Part shown: piece by piece, positions 10,337-18,802 of the stretch
Numbering within the stretch: the stretch's first letter is position 1
Layout of the letters: every line of letters starts with the position of its first letter
DNA from: Prevotellaceae bacterium UBA1720
Lineage (GTDB): Bacteria > Bacteroidota > Bacteroidia > Bacteroidales > Bacteroidaceae
Reading direction: 5' to 3'
Assembly (NCBI GenBank): GCA_002317475.1
Contig: DCIS01000122.1
Coordinates: 7,881-71,880, forward strand
DNA: 64,000 bases
Made by a program: the position numbers and the translations under genes
The notes under the pieces: model-generated
What the model was told of the DNA's origin: nothing
Seen by the model: only the letters and a program-made list of their open reading frames with translations
Database searches by the model: none

Positions 10337-11421
10337 TATTGTTCGACTTTTACATTGATGACACATTTTGAGCGTTGGGGATCATTGGTGATGAGCAATA
10401 CCCTGGGACGGTTCTTGGCCTTCTTCAGGAACTTCTCGTTCACCGACACCTTCAACTTGGTGCTCTTGCCAGACTCAATCACACGATGGTCCAGACTGAC
10501 GGAAAGGGCTTGGTTGAACACCTGGATTGAACGTATTTCCAGAGCATCCTGTCCCTCGTTACTGACGGTCAGTTCCATCTTCATCTTCTTCCTCTCCTTC
10601 TCAGTCAACGTGGTGAAATCCAGCTCCTCTGTCGAGAACTTGATCTGCGGTGCCTTGGCCAACTGTTCCTCCGTGAGTTTCGAGAAGTCGGGCAACAAGA
10701 CGGCAGAGACCAGTATCTCGTTCGCCTCGCTCACCTTGTCACCTGGATAGCGACTCAGGAAGATACGTGTCTGGTTCAAGCCCAATGTACGCAGTTTCTC
10801 ACTGTCCAGTATCAGGCGTACCTTACCCGACCTTCCACCAGCAATCACCTCGGGCACACACTGCATCGTAAGGTAGTCGGGCAAGTGCATCAGCTCAGGG
10901 CGATAGGGGTCACGCTCCAGGTTAGCCACCTGAAACTCCGCTATAGGCTGGTCTCCTCGGTTCACATTATCATACTCAATATAGTTGGCATTCAGCCTCA
11001 GGCTACCCAGGTCAATGGGGAAATCATCAGCGAAATCCAGCAACTCTGTCACCACGCGACCTTCCATGGAGAGGTAAGTAGGTTCCTGGCTATCAGAGGT
11101 GTATACGGCCAGTTCCTTGTAGAAGGTGCCCAGCATCTTGGCATCATACACGGCCGTGATCAGGCCCGTCTTGCCAGGTTCGATGCTACCCTTGGTCCAT
11201 TCCACAGTCGTACAGCCACAAGAAGGGATAACCTTCTGTATCTCAAATGCCTTCTTACCCTTGTTCTTGAATGCAAAATTCACGATTTTGGGTTTCTGAA
11301 AGAGTATCTCCCCCACCCTTACCCGTGAGGTTTCAGCTACAAAGTTCGTCTGTGCGAAGGTCAGCGTAGCCGCCATATACAGCCCCAGACAAACCATTAT
11401 TCTATATATCCAATTCTTCAT
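10336..11421 (-). CDS. DUF1573 domain-containing secreted protein
   Basis: Signal peptide, then repeated Ig-like modules with the DUF1573-type pattern (F.F.N.G..PL.I..V..SCGCT). Confidence 0.7.
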   Translation of the reverse strand: MKNWIYRIMVCLGLYMAATLTFAQTNFVAETSRVRVGEILFQKPKIVNFAFKNKGKKAFEIQKVIPSCGCTTVEWTKGSIEPGKTGLITAVYDAKMLGTFYKELAVYTSDSQEPTYLSMEGRVVTELLDFADDFPIDLGSLRLNANYIEYDNVNRGDQPIAEFQVANLERDPYRPELMHLPDYLTMQCVPEVIAGGRSGKVRLILDSEKLRTLGLNQTRIFLSRYPGDKVSEANEILVSAVLLPDFSKLTEEQLAKAPQIKFSTEELDFTTLTEKERKKMKMELTVSNEGQDALEIRSIQVFNQALSVSLDHRVIESGKSTKLKVSVNEKFLKKAKNRPRVLLITNDPQRSKCVINVKVEQ

Positions 11422-11450
11422 TTCCGTGCCAGAATATTACAATACATCTG

Positions 11451-11458
11451 CAAAATTA
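11451..11458 (-). promoter_or_regulatory. -7 box TAATTTTG
   Basis: 30 nt upstream of the ATG at 11421. Confidence 0.45.
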
Positions 11459-11504
11459 CAAAAAGAAAGGCAATTCCCAAAATCTCACACCTTAAAAACA
11501 CACG

Positions 11505-11594
11505 AATTGTTAGTTAGTTAGGTTAGATGAGCAAGGCACACCTACGGATTTGCTGAAAGAGAGGGGATAAACTAACCTAACTAACTAACAAATT
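11505..11594. repeat. TTAG-motif inverted pair, unit 1 (about 90-bp hairpin)
   Basis: AATTGTTAGTTAGTTAGGTTAG (11505-11526) and CTAACCTAACTAACTAACAAATT (11572-11594) are reverse complements apart from one missing T. The loop is 45 nt. Confidence 0.9.
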
Positions 11595-11688
11595 ATAATT
11601 TATTTTCTCTATCTATATACTCCCCTGTTCGTCACCCCCATGCATCATCTCTATCTACTTCCCCACACATACACAGAAAAAAAATAGC

Positions 11689-11780
11689 AATTTGTTAGTT
11701 AGTTAGGTTAGTTGTTAGACACAGGGTGGATGCACAAGAGGCACGCGCTCTGAGGACCTAACCTAACTAACTAACAAATT
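11689..11780. repeat. TTAG-motif inverted pair, unit 2 (about 92-bp hairpin)
   Basis: AATTTGTTAGTTAGTTAGGTTAG (11689-11711) and its perfect reverse complement (11758-11780). The loop is about 46 nt and unrelated to the unit 1 loop. Confidence 0.9.
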
Positions 11781-11792
11781 ACACTATACATA

Positions 11793-12794
11793 TCATTTGT
11801 GCCCTACCGTACGCATACCTGCCTCCAGACGGCGGATAAGGTCGCGCTTATCTGTAGAAGGAGAGAATACAAATCCTTCAATTACAGATAGTTGACCATC
11901 GTCCTCCTGCCAAGCATAGCTGACGAAAGGCCCACCCATTGCACCATTGCGCATCTGCCAAAGACCACGTAGTTCGGTAATCATCTTGCCATCCTGAGCA
12001 CGCTTGCTGAGCCATACAACGGGTTTTTCTTGCTCCCAAACCGTCTCAACCCACTGATCGGGACGACTGCCTGGGATGTTTTCAGCCAACACAGAGTCGC
12101 GAAGATGAACCAGGTCCTCGAGGGTTGGGCACTGAGGGTTGAACGATGCAGGAACGCGGTAATACACGAAGTTCAACTGCTTCTCGTTGGTACGCGAACT
12201 AGCCCAGAAACAATCCTTACCCTGCTTCACATAGGCTATCTCCTCGGGCAGGAGTCCGTCAAGACCATATTTCTGCAGGGCCGTACGCACCTTCTTGCTA
12301 TGATGGCGTTTGAAGGTGGATTGTATCATACTGAACTGGTGATCAAGGAGTACCTGGCGAACCTTCTCGGCATTCAGGCGAATATACGTCTGCAGCGAGG
12401 CAATGTCCGGAGCACTCAGCAAAGCCTGGATTTGTGGTTTGGCATCTACATCGTAGGCCAATTGCAACTGAGCATCTGCCTGACCATGGACAATCTTCAC
12501 CAGCAACTTGCTATGCATCTTCAGCATCTCGCCCTTGTAGATAGACAGGGGTACACGCGAGACACGAAAAAATCGTTCAGACTGGTTCAAACCAGGGATA
12601 TCACACTCCAGGATTTCCTTCAACGTATCCTTCAATTCACTGGCCATCACCTCCTTATCCAGTACCAGCAACACCTCACAAGGCTGACCAATGGAACTGG
12701 CTGTGGGCGATTTACGTTCACCCGATGAGGATTTCGTGCATGCCAAGAGACTCAAGGAGGCCACAATGGCTAAAAGGATGCGAAGGTATCTCAT
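11793..12794 (-). CDS. lipoprotein of unknown function (possibly DUF4837 family)
   Basis: Start trimmed to the ATG at 12794 (MRYLRILLAIVASLSLLAC lipobox); the ORF-track start at 12803 is a TTG. The family assignment is from memory only. Confidence 0.55.
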   Translation of the reverse strand: MRYLRILLAIVASLSLLACTKSSSGERKSPTASSIGQPCEVLLVLDKEVMASELKDTLKEILECDIPGLNQSERFFRVSRVPLSIYKGEMLKMHSKLLVKIVHGQADAQLQLAYDVDAKPQIQALLSAPDIASLQTYIRLNAEKVRQVLLDHQFSMIQSTFKRHHSKKVRTALQKYGLDGLLPEEIAYVKQGKDCFWASSRTNEKQLNFVYYRVPASFNPQCPTLEDLVHLRDSVLAENIPGSRPDQWVETVWEQEKPVVWLSKRAQDGKMITELRGLWQMRNGAMGGPFVSYAWQEDDGQLSVIEGFVFSPSTDKRDLIRRLEAGMRTVGHK

Positions 12795-12900
12795 AACAAT
12801 CAAAAAGATTAGTGATCAATATTTACCCAATAGTGTTCAACTTAGTTTGACTTCTTTCCATCTACAATGCAGGTTTCGCACGTTCTTTTTTACCTGTTTT

Positions 12901-13021
12901 CTACGTACAGCCTACGTATAGCCTACGTACAGCCTACGTACAGCCTACGTAAACGTACGGTGTTTGTACGGTGATTGTACGGTGATTGTACGGTGTTTGT
13001 ACGTATATAGTACGATGTCTC
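12901..13021. repeat. 11-bp phased TACG-core tandem array A
   Basis: CTACGTACAGC x4-5, then TACGGTG(A/T)TTG x4, then TACGTATATAG/TACGATGTCTC. TAC starts fall at 12902, 913, 924, 935, 946, 956, 967, 978, 989, 13000, 13011. Confidence 0.9.
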
Positions 13022-13084
13022 AACGTAAAGAACAGCGTCACCACACTTGCGATGCTTTTTATCTATAACTGAAAACTGGCATTT

Positions 13085-16000
13085 TTATTTTGCAGGACTG
13101 ATCCTAAGATTGCTCGTGTAAGCACGGAACTCCGGGGCATAGAGGCACTCGATGGTGGTGATTCCGGCACTATACTGACCGGGGCGCTCCACGAGGATAT
13201 CCTCCTCAAGTACATAGGTTCCCTTAGGCATACGTTCGATGTAATAGTCTGTACTGCTGTCTCTTACGGAGCGATAGAAGGCCAAGCCGTTACTATACGA
13301 ATAGCCCGAATACTTGAGAGTGGGTTCGCAAGCTGCAGGACGTGGAGCACGCAGCATCACGTACTCATAATCACGCTTGGCGGTGATGACGTAGCGCACG
13401 TGAACACGGTCACCCATACGCATCTCTCCACCCTGGTTGGTCTTGGACAGACTGATCTCACGACGGATGTTGATGTCCTGCCAAGTGGCTGAAACACTGT
13501 CTATCTGCTGTTCAAACTCGGCATAGACGGCACCCCAACTCTCACCCTTACTACGCTTCGTGATGGTCAGTTTCTGGGCAGAAGGCACGCTGATCTCGCT
13601 CTTCAGATACCCCTTACGGTTATCAGGCGAGGTGAGACGCTGGGTATGGCCCTCACCCTTTACATCCAATACATCTTGAGCCTCATCCTGCACGTCTTCC
13701 ATACCAGCCGTGAGCAGAGCATAAACGGCATCAACGGTGTTGGCAGGTGTGTCCCAATCCGTGGTACGCTTCTCCATCAAAAGCCATTGACGCAGACCTT
13801 GCCACAATTCGGTAGCCTCTGGACGAGTCTGCTGTACAGCCTCCATAATCTGGGTGTGGATGCGTATCTTGCAGTCAATGCAGGTGAAACTGCCACTGGG
13901 ATAGTCGATGCAGCGACCTGTCTCGGGTGTACCCACCAGGTACTTCTCCACGCCATCCATCAGACGGTTCGTAGCACGGTTCTTGTCCTGCAACTTGAGT
14001 ACGATAGCAGCCTGAGCACGATCCTCAATCTTCCAGTCATCAGCCACCTTGGAGAGTTCCTTCAAGAGGCGTTTCTCATTGCTATCCAACGACTTACCCA
14101 TCAAGGTAACGACATACAGATGGTCGAGGACGGAGGTGTTGATGTACGAATCCTTGTCCAAACGACTACGCAGGTACTTGATGCCCAGGTCTATCATCTC
14201 CTGCAGTTCGGCATCATCCGAATGTGTCAGATTGTACAGGCGAGCCATGCGATACATCACCTCACGTGTCAGGTATGTACTGCCCAAGAAACCAGGGCAC
14301 CATGAGAAGGAACCATCGACATTCTGCAACTGCTTCACCTTATTAAATACGTACGCGCACGACTCCTTCAGCGAATCAGCATCCACCTTGAGCACCTTGT
14401 CCAGATCCTTGACCGTACCACAGAGGTGCTGGGTAAGACTGAGGGCATAGAAAGAGGTGGTGAGGGTGACAACATCCTCATACTTAGGCTGATACAACGA
14501 TGGCAGAGCCTGCAAAGCGCACCAGATGGGATGAGTGGTATACTCCACGGTAAGCTTTCGCTGTGTGGCATCCTTGGGGAAGAGTTGGCTGAGGTCATAG
14601 TTCGTTGTGCCTTGCTTCATCAGCGTGATAGCCTTGCTCTTGGTCAGCACTTCGCGATCAGAGAGAACGGGCAAGAGACGTTGCTCACCATCACTGCAGG
14701 TCTGACCATCAGCCTTCCAACGACAAACCAATGAGCGATACTTATCAACTGCCTCATAATCAAAGAAGAAGACGGTATCTTGCATGGCCTTGAGACTGAA
14801 CTCCACCTTCTTGCGAAGCAGCACCTTCTCGGTCTCTTCGTCCATGATCTCGAAGATAGCCGTGCCATGCTCTGTCACCTCGGGGTCAATATTCTGTATG
14901 GTTGCTGTCAGTACAGCCTTATCACCAACACGTAGGAAACGAGGCAGATACAACTGAGCCATCAAGGATTTCTGTGCCACGATGCTCTCGTCCAGATTGC
15001 CAATCATCAAGTCCTTGGTATGAGCCAAGCCTAGGAAATGCCAACGAGTAAGACTCTCGGGCAGGGTGAAATCAAGGGTCACCTCGCCCTGCTCATTCGT
15101 ACGAAGCTGGGGATAGAAGAAGGCCGTCTCGTTGAAGTTTGTACGCAAGGCAGACCAATCCACGTTTTCATCCTTCTCAGCATTTGCTACGATATCGAGT
15201 CCAGCAATACGGCCCTGCAGCGCATCATCCGTAGAAGTTATGGTCAGTCCCTCAAATTCACGCATTGCAGGAGCCTGTGCCTGTGTCGAATACGAAATCT
15301 CATGCTCGGGTATAGCAAGACTATTGGTATTGGCTTTTTTAAGTACTCTACCAACTGCTCCACGTAAACGCATATTAGTAGAGCCATCCGTGAAATAGAT
15401 GTCCAGACCTTTACGTCCCCCATCGGGACGGAAATAATCGTCATTCAGACGGCTCATCTCCCAAGTGTATAACTTCTTGTACTTCAGATCAAAACTACCA
15501 TAGCACTGAGAGGGATATTCATTGTTTGTCCAGGGTGAACGACCATAATAGTAATAGGAACGTGAGAGCCTGAGGTTCAGACGGTTCTGCACGAAAGCAT
15601 CCAGCGAGGCATCATAGAGCGTAGCCAAGAGGTTGGCTTGAGCAGGAGTGCCGTCAGGACGGGCAATCCGGAGCGACCACTTCTCATGCTGACCAGGTTG
15701 CAGTTTGTCACGGAAGGTAGTCCAGTGCATCTTCAACTGATTGTCAGGTTGTTCCAGTTCCAGACTTCTGCGCTCACTATGCAGCACGCCATCCTTCACG
15801 AAAAAGACTGCCAGACAAGCATCCTTGTCCATACTCTCCTCGTAGGGAATGGTGATCTTAGTCACTTCGTTGGAGAGGTTAACCAACTGATCCTGATAGA
15901 CTTGCTTGTGGGTTGAGACTACATAGTAGAGGGAAACATCCTTCAGCGAAGTGCCCAGCTGAACCTCAATGGGACGCTCCTTCGTGAACTTTCTCGTAGG

Positions 16001-18547
16001 CATATAGAACCAGAACGTGGTATCAACGGGCAGACTGTTGTCAGCCATAGAGAAGAGCACCATTCGTTGCTCCGAACGAGCCGTATCACCCTTCACGATT
16101 GCCTCTGCATAGAGGGTATAAGCACCAGATGGAACGGACTTCAGTCCTTCGGGAACCTGCTGTTTATGGCTCTCCAAGGTGGTAGTAAACACGGACTCTG
16201 TGCCTCGCTTCAAGGTGACACGCACATCACCCTTTACATCCTTACCTAAAGCATCGTAAAGTTCAATCAACCAAGGGTTTAGACGGTCCTTGTCCTGCAA
16301 ATCACGCACGTCAACAGACATACGCAAGGGGGTAGAGCAGAGCGAAGCAGAGGAAGAGCCCTCTTGTGTCTCGCCATTGTCGTTGAGCACATTGACATAC
16401 AAGGTCACCCAACGTCCAAAGAGTAGCTCCTCCTTGGTTAAAGTCTTAGGCACGCTGATGGTGAAGCGTCCCTCGTCATCCGTCCAAAGCGTATCACAAT
16501 CAACAGGTTCTTGTCGATCATACAGCATGCTACTCCTTGTCCACCCGTTACTCCATCGATAACTTCCCGTTACACGAGCTTTTCGGACAGGCACACCAGC
16601 ATAGGTCAAGGCACGACCTGAGAAGATGATAGAATCACCTAACTTTGGCTCGTCCATCTTCACCTCAAAGGTGGGACGCTTGTATTCCTCCACACGCAAT
16701 TCCTTGTATCCACCACGAATGACTATGCCTGTGTTTGCACTTTCAACCTCAAGGCTATAGTCACCCAACTTAACCGACTTAGGCAAAGGCAAAGAGACCG
16801 ATACACAGCCAAACTCATCCGTAACAAGGGTGGTATCAACGAGCGTTTTGCTATTGGGATCAAGCAGTTCCAGTTTGATATGCTTTCCCACCAAGGTCTC
16901 TGCATCCCAGCCTCGCTGACCATACAACACGATGGAAGCCTGGATGGTCTGACCCGGACGATAGATGCCTCGGTCAGTATTGATCGCACAATGCCATTCC
17001 TGTGTTTTGTCATTCTCGTCCATTGGACGATTACCATAGGCATACAATGACATATTGGGGTAAAAGTTGTCCTCTCCCTGATGGAAGGAAACCACAGAAC
17101 GACGACTCTGCTTGCTGGCAATCAGCACGATACCACGTTCATCTGTAACAAGTGTACTGCGCAATGTGTCTGGGTTCTGACGATTGGTGGGCATCCACTC
17201 CACCTTCACCTCAACACCCGGCATAGGTTTTCCTGAAAGGGCATCCACGATAGTCACACGCGTATCCATACCTAATGGCGTACAAACGGGCTTGAGACGG
17301 GAAGTACGGAGAAGCATCTTCACGGGTTCAGTCTTCTCCTTCAGCTTTATAGGGGTCTGATAATCAGCCACAATCAGGAAACGACCAAACTCTTCCACCC
17401 TATACTTGAGGGTGTCTTTGTAGAGCATGAAGGGTGACTCGTTTGCGTCAGTCTTCAACTGTAGTTTCTTGACCAGACGCATCCCTTTCAACTTGCCTTT
17501 CAGTTCTTTAGACGAAAGTTGTTCGAACTGCTGAACCTCCTCCTCACTCAACTCATCATTCAAGCGATATATACTAAACGTACAGGAATTTACATTGCGA
17601 CGCGTAATCTCAATTTCCCCCTCCTGGTCAGGATGGAGAATTTGCAAGGCTGTGACTCGGAACTCAGGCTCCATCTGGCGTAGCATGTCGTTGTAAATCG
17701 AACCTCTGTCCTTGTATTTCTTTAAGTTTTCATACAAGGGTTTCAGTTTGTCGTAGCGTGACTTGCGTACCTCTGCGGCATAACATTCATCCCATCCTTC
17801 TCTGTCATCCCACATATTCAACCAGCGTTGCATGGCTTGCGCGCTGACATCCAGATCATCATACTCACGCGAAATACGCTCCCAGGATGCCTTTTTCTGG
17901 TCCTTGAAACTCAATTGATTGACAGAATCCATCTCCAGGCAGAAACAAGCCTCGCGCATATTCTGAGACTTATAGAAGGCAATCATATCGGCAAAGGTTG
18001 GCAAGGGGTAGCTTGACGTAAGTTCTTTGGACTCAGACGATTTACTCTCAAACACGTGTCGATAGGAATCCAGACTTTGATGCATGGCATTCCAAACCAC
18101 GGAAAGCATATTGTTGCCAAAGATGGCGTCATCCTTACCCTTTGTGACCAATGGCACCCAGTCATTCGTGGGCATGTGATATAAGAGGTCAAGGTCTTGC
18201 AAAGCGTCGGAGAAATTGCGGCGTGAAGCCACGATATAGTCGCGCTGACTCCACTCCTGCATGCTGTCCTGGGGAGCTAAGGTAAGCTGATTGCGCGACT
18301 GCGAACGAGAGGTACGAAGACTGTACATACGTCCCAAAGCCGTGGCATACATGGCACGCTCCTCGGGCGTTTTAGCCTCCTGTTTCATACGCTCCAACTG
18401 GGGTAACAGAACGAAAATACTGTCAGGATGAATCTCTTCCTGAGCAATACATTGTTGCAACCAATCAGCCAACTTGCGTCCCTCGTTCTTGGCAAAAAGA
18501 GAGGTAAATGACGCTAACATCAATATAAAAATGACTATGCGTTTCAT
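13085..18547 (-). CDS. alpha-2-macroglobulin family protein (MG2/A2M domains), apparently thioester-less
   Basis: About 1820 aa. Start trimmed to the ATG at 18547 (MKRIVIFILMLASFTSLFA signal peptide). A2M-type motifs are present (TRWHFLGLAHT, DGSFSWCPGF). I found no CxEQ thioester motif by eye. Confidence 0.85.
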   Translation of the reverse strand: MKRIVIFILMLASFTSLFAKNEGRKLADWLQQCIAQEEIHPDSIFVLLPQLERMKQEAKTPEERAMYATALGRMYSLRTSRSQSRNQLTLAPQDSMQEWSQRDYIVASRRNFSDALQDLDLLYHMPTNDWVPLVTKGKDDAIFGNNMLSVVWNAMHQSLDSYRHVFESKSSESKELTSSYPLPTFADMIAFYKSQNMREACFCLEMDSVNQLSFKDQKKASWERISREYDDLDVSAQAMQRWLNMWDDREGWDECYAAEVRKSRYDKLKPLYENLKKYKDRGSIYNDMLRQMEPEFRVTALQILHPDQEGEIEITRRNVNSCTFSIYRLNDELSEEEVQQFEQLSSKELKGKLKGMRLVKKLQLKTDANESPFMLYKDTLKYRVEEFGRFLIVADYQTPIKLKEKTEPVKMLLRTSRLKPVCTPLGMDTRVTIVDALSGKPMPGVEVKVEWMPTNRQNPDTLRSTLVTDERGIVLIASKQSRRSVVSFHQGEDNFYPNMSLYAYGNRPMDENDKTQEWHCAINTDRGIYRPGQTIQASIVLYGQRGWDAETLVGKHIKLELLDPNSKTLVDTTLVTDEFGCVSVSLPLPKSVKLGDYSLEVESANTGIVIRGGYKELRVEEYKRPTFEVKMDEPKLGDSIIFSGRALTYAGVPVRKARVTGSYRWSNGWTRSSMLYDRQEPVDCDTLWTDDEGRFTISVPKTLTKEELLFGRWVTLYVNVLNDNGETQEGSSSASLCSTPLRMSVDVRDLQDKDRLNPWLIELYDALGKDVKGDVRVTLKRGTESVFTTTLESHKQQVPEGLKSVPSGAYTLYAEAIVKGDTARSEQRMVLFSMADNSLPVDTTFWFYMPTRKFTKERPIEVQLGTSLKDVSLYYVVSTHKQVYQDQLVNLSNEVTKITIPYEESMDKDACLAVFFVKDGVLHSERRSLELEQPDNQLKMHWTTFRDKLQPGQHEKWSLRIARPDGTPAQANLLATLYDASLDAFVQNRLNLRLSRSYYYYGRSPWTNNEYPSQCYGSFDLKYKKLYTWEMSRLNDDYFRPDGGRKGLDIYFTDGSTNMRLRGAVGRVLKKANTNSLAIPEHEISYSTQAQAPAMREFEGLTITSTDDALQGRIAGLDIVANAEKDENVDWSALRTNFNETAFFYPQLRTNEQGEVTLDFTLPESLTRWHFLGLAHTKDLMIGNLDESIVAQKSLMAQLYLPRFLRVGDKAVLTATIQNIDPEVTEHGTAIFEIMDEETEKVLLRKKVEFSLKAMQDTVFFFDYEAVDKYRSLVCRWKADGQTCSDGEQRLLPVLSDREVLTKSKAITLMKQGTTNYDLSQLFPKDATQRKLTVEYTTHPIWCALQALPSLYQPKYEDVVTLTTSFYALSLTQHLCGTVKDLDKVLKVDADSLKESCAYVFNKVKQLQNVDGSFSWCPGFLGSTYLTREVMYRMARLYNLTHSDDAELQEMIDLGIKYLRSRLDKDSYINTSVLDHLYVVTLMGKSLDSNEKRLLKELSKVADDWKIEDRAQAAIVLKLQDKNRATNRLMDGVEKYLVGTPETGRCIDYPSGSFTCIDCKIRIHTQIMEAVQQTRPEATELWQGLRQWLLMEKRTTDWDTPANTVDAVYALLTAGMEDVQDEAQDVLDVKGEGHTQRLTSPDNRKGYLKSEISVPSAQKLTITKRSKGESWGAVYAEFEQQIDSVSATWQDINIRREISLSKTNQGGEMRMGDRVHVRYVITAKRDYEYVMLRAPRPAACEPTLKYSGYSYSNGLAFYRSVRDSSTDYYIERMPKGTYVLEEDILVERPGQYSAGITTIECLYAPEFRAYTSNLRISPAK

Positions 18548-18568
18548 AGATTTTGAATTTTGTCGACG

Positions 18569-18576
18569 CAAAGTTA
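18569..18576 (-). promoter_or_regulatory. -7 box TAACTTTG
   Basis: 22 nt upstream of the ATG at 18547; supports the trimmed A2M start. Confidence 0.5.
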
Positions 18577-18605
18577 TCAATTTTTCATCATAACACCTAA
18601 AAAAC

Positions 18606-18658
18606 GAATTCACAAAAAATTCACAAATGCAAAATGGAATTCACAAAAAATTCACAAA
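18606..18658. promoter_or_regulatory. two 22-bp direct repeats GAATTCACAAAAAATTCACAAA
   Basis: Copies at 18606-18627 and 18637-18658, 31 bp apart. Each contains ATTCACAAA twice. They sit between the divergent A2M and 18803 genes. Confidence 0.5.
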
Positions 18659-18746
18659 CGGCATTTATCTTACTGTTTATCAAGCGTTTACAAAAACGAC
18701 AAATAAACTGCTTCTTTTTTACCTTTTCTATATCAAAAAAAAGTAT

Positions 18747-18754
18747 TATCTTTG
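18747..18754 (+). promoter_or_regulatory. -7 box TATCTTTG
   Basis: 49 nt upstream of the ATG at 18803. Confidence 0.45.
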
Positions 18755-18762
18755 TACCTAAA

Positions 18763-18784
18763 TAACCTAACTAACTAACAAATT
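18763..18784. repeat. TTAG-motif copy (R orientation)
   Basis: TAACCTAACTAACTAACAAATT lies between the predicted -7 box (18747-18754) and the ATG at 18803, so it would fall within the 5' UTR. Confidence 0.85.
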
Positions 18785-18802
18785 ACGTACTTTTACCGTA
18801 AA

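Noticed and set aside
11505-11780. Repeat-spacer-repeat pattern with 45-nt variable inserts looked CRISPR-like
   Set aside because: The repeats alternate in orientation (F-R-F-R), so they form hairpins rather than a direct-repeat array. There are only two units, a 94-bp gap separates them, and no cas genes are in the window.
18548-18613. N-terminal extensions given by the ORF track (A2M 18613, porQ 6606, exbD 1543, rsmA 31513, transporter 53651, permease 44941, lipoprotein 39000, PPIase 59287, ftsI 61646)
   Set aside because: The longest-ORF starts are often TTG codons or lie upstream of, or inside, the predicted -7 box. The internal ATGs restore canonical signal peptides or N-termini, so the trimmed starts were used.
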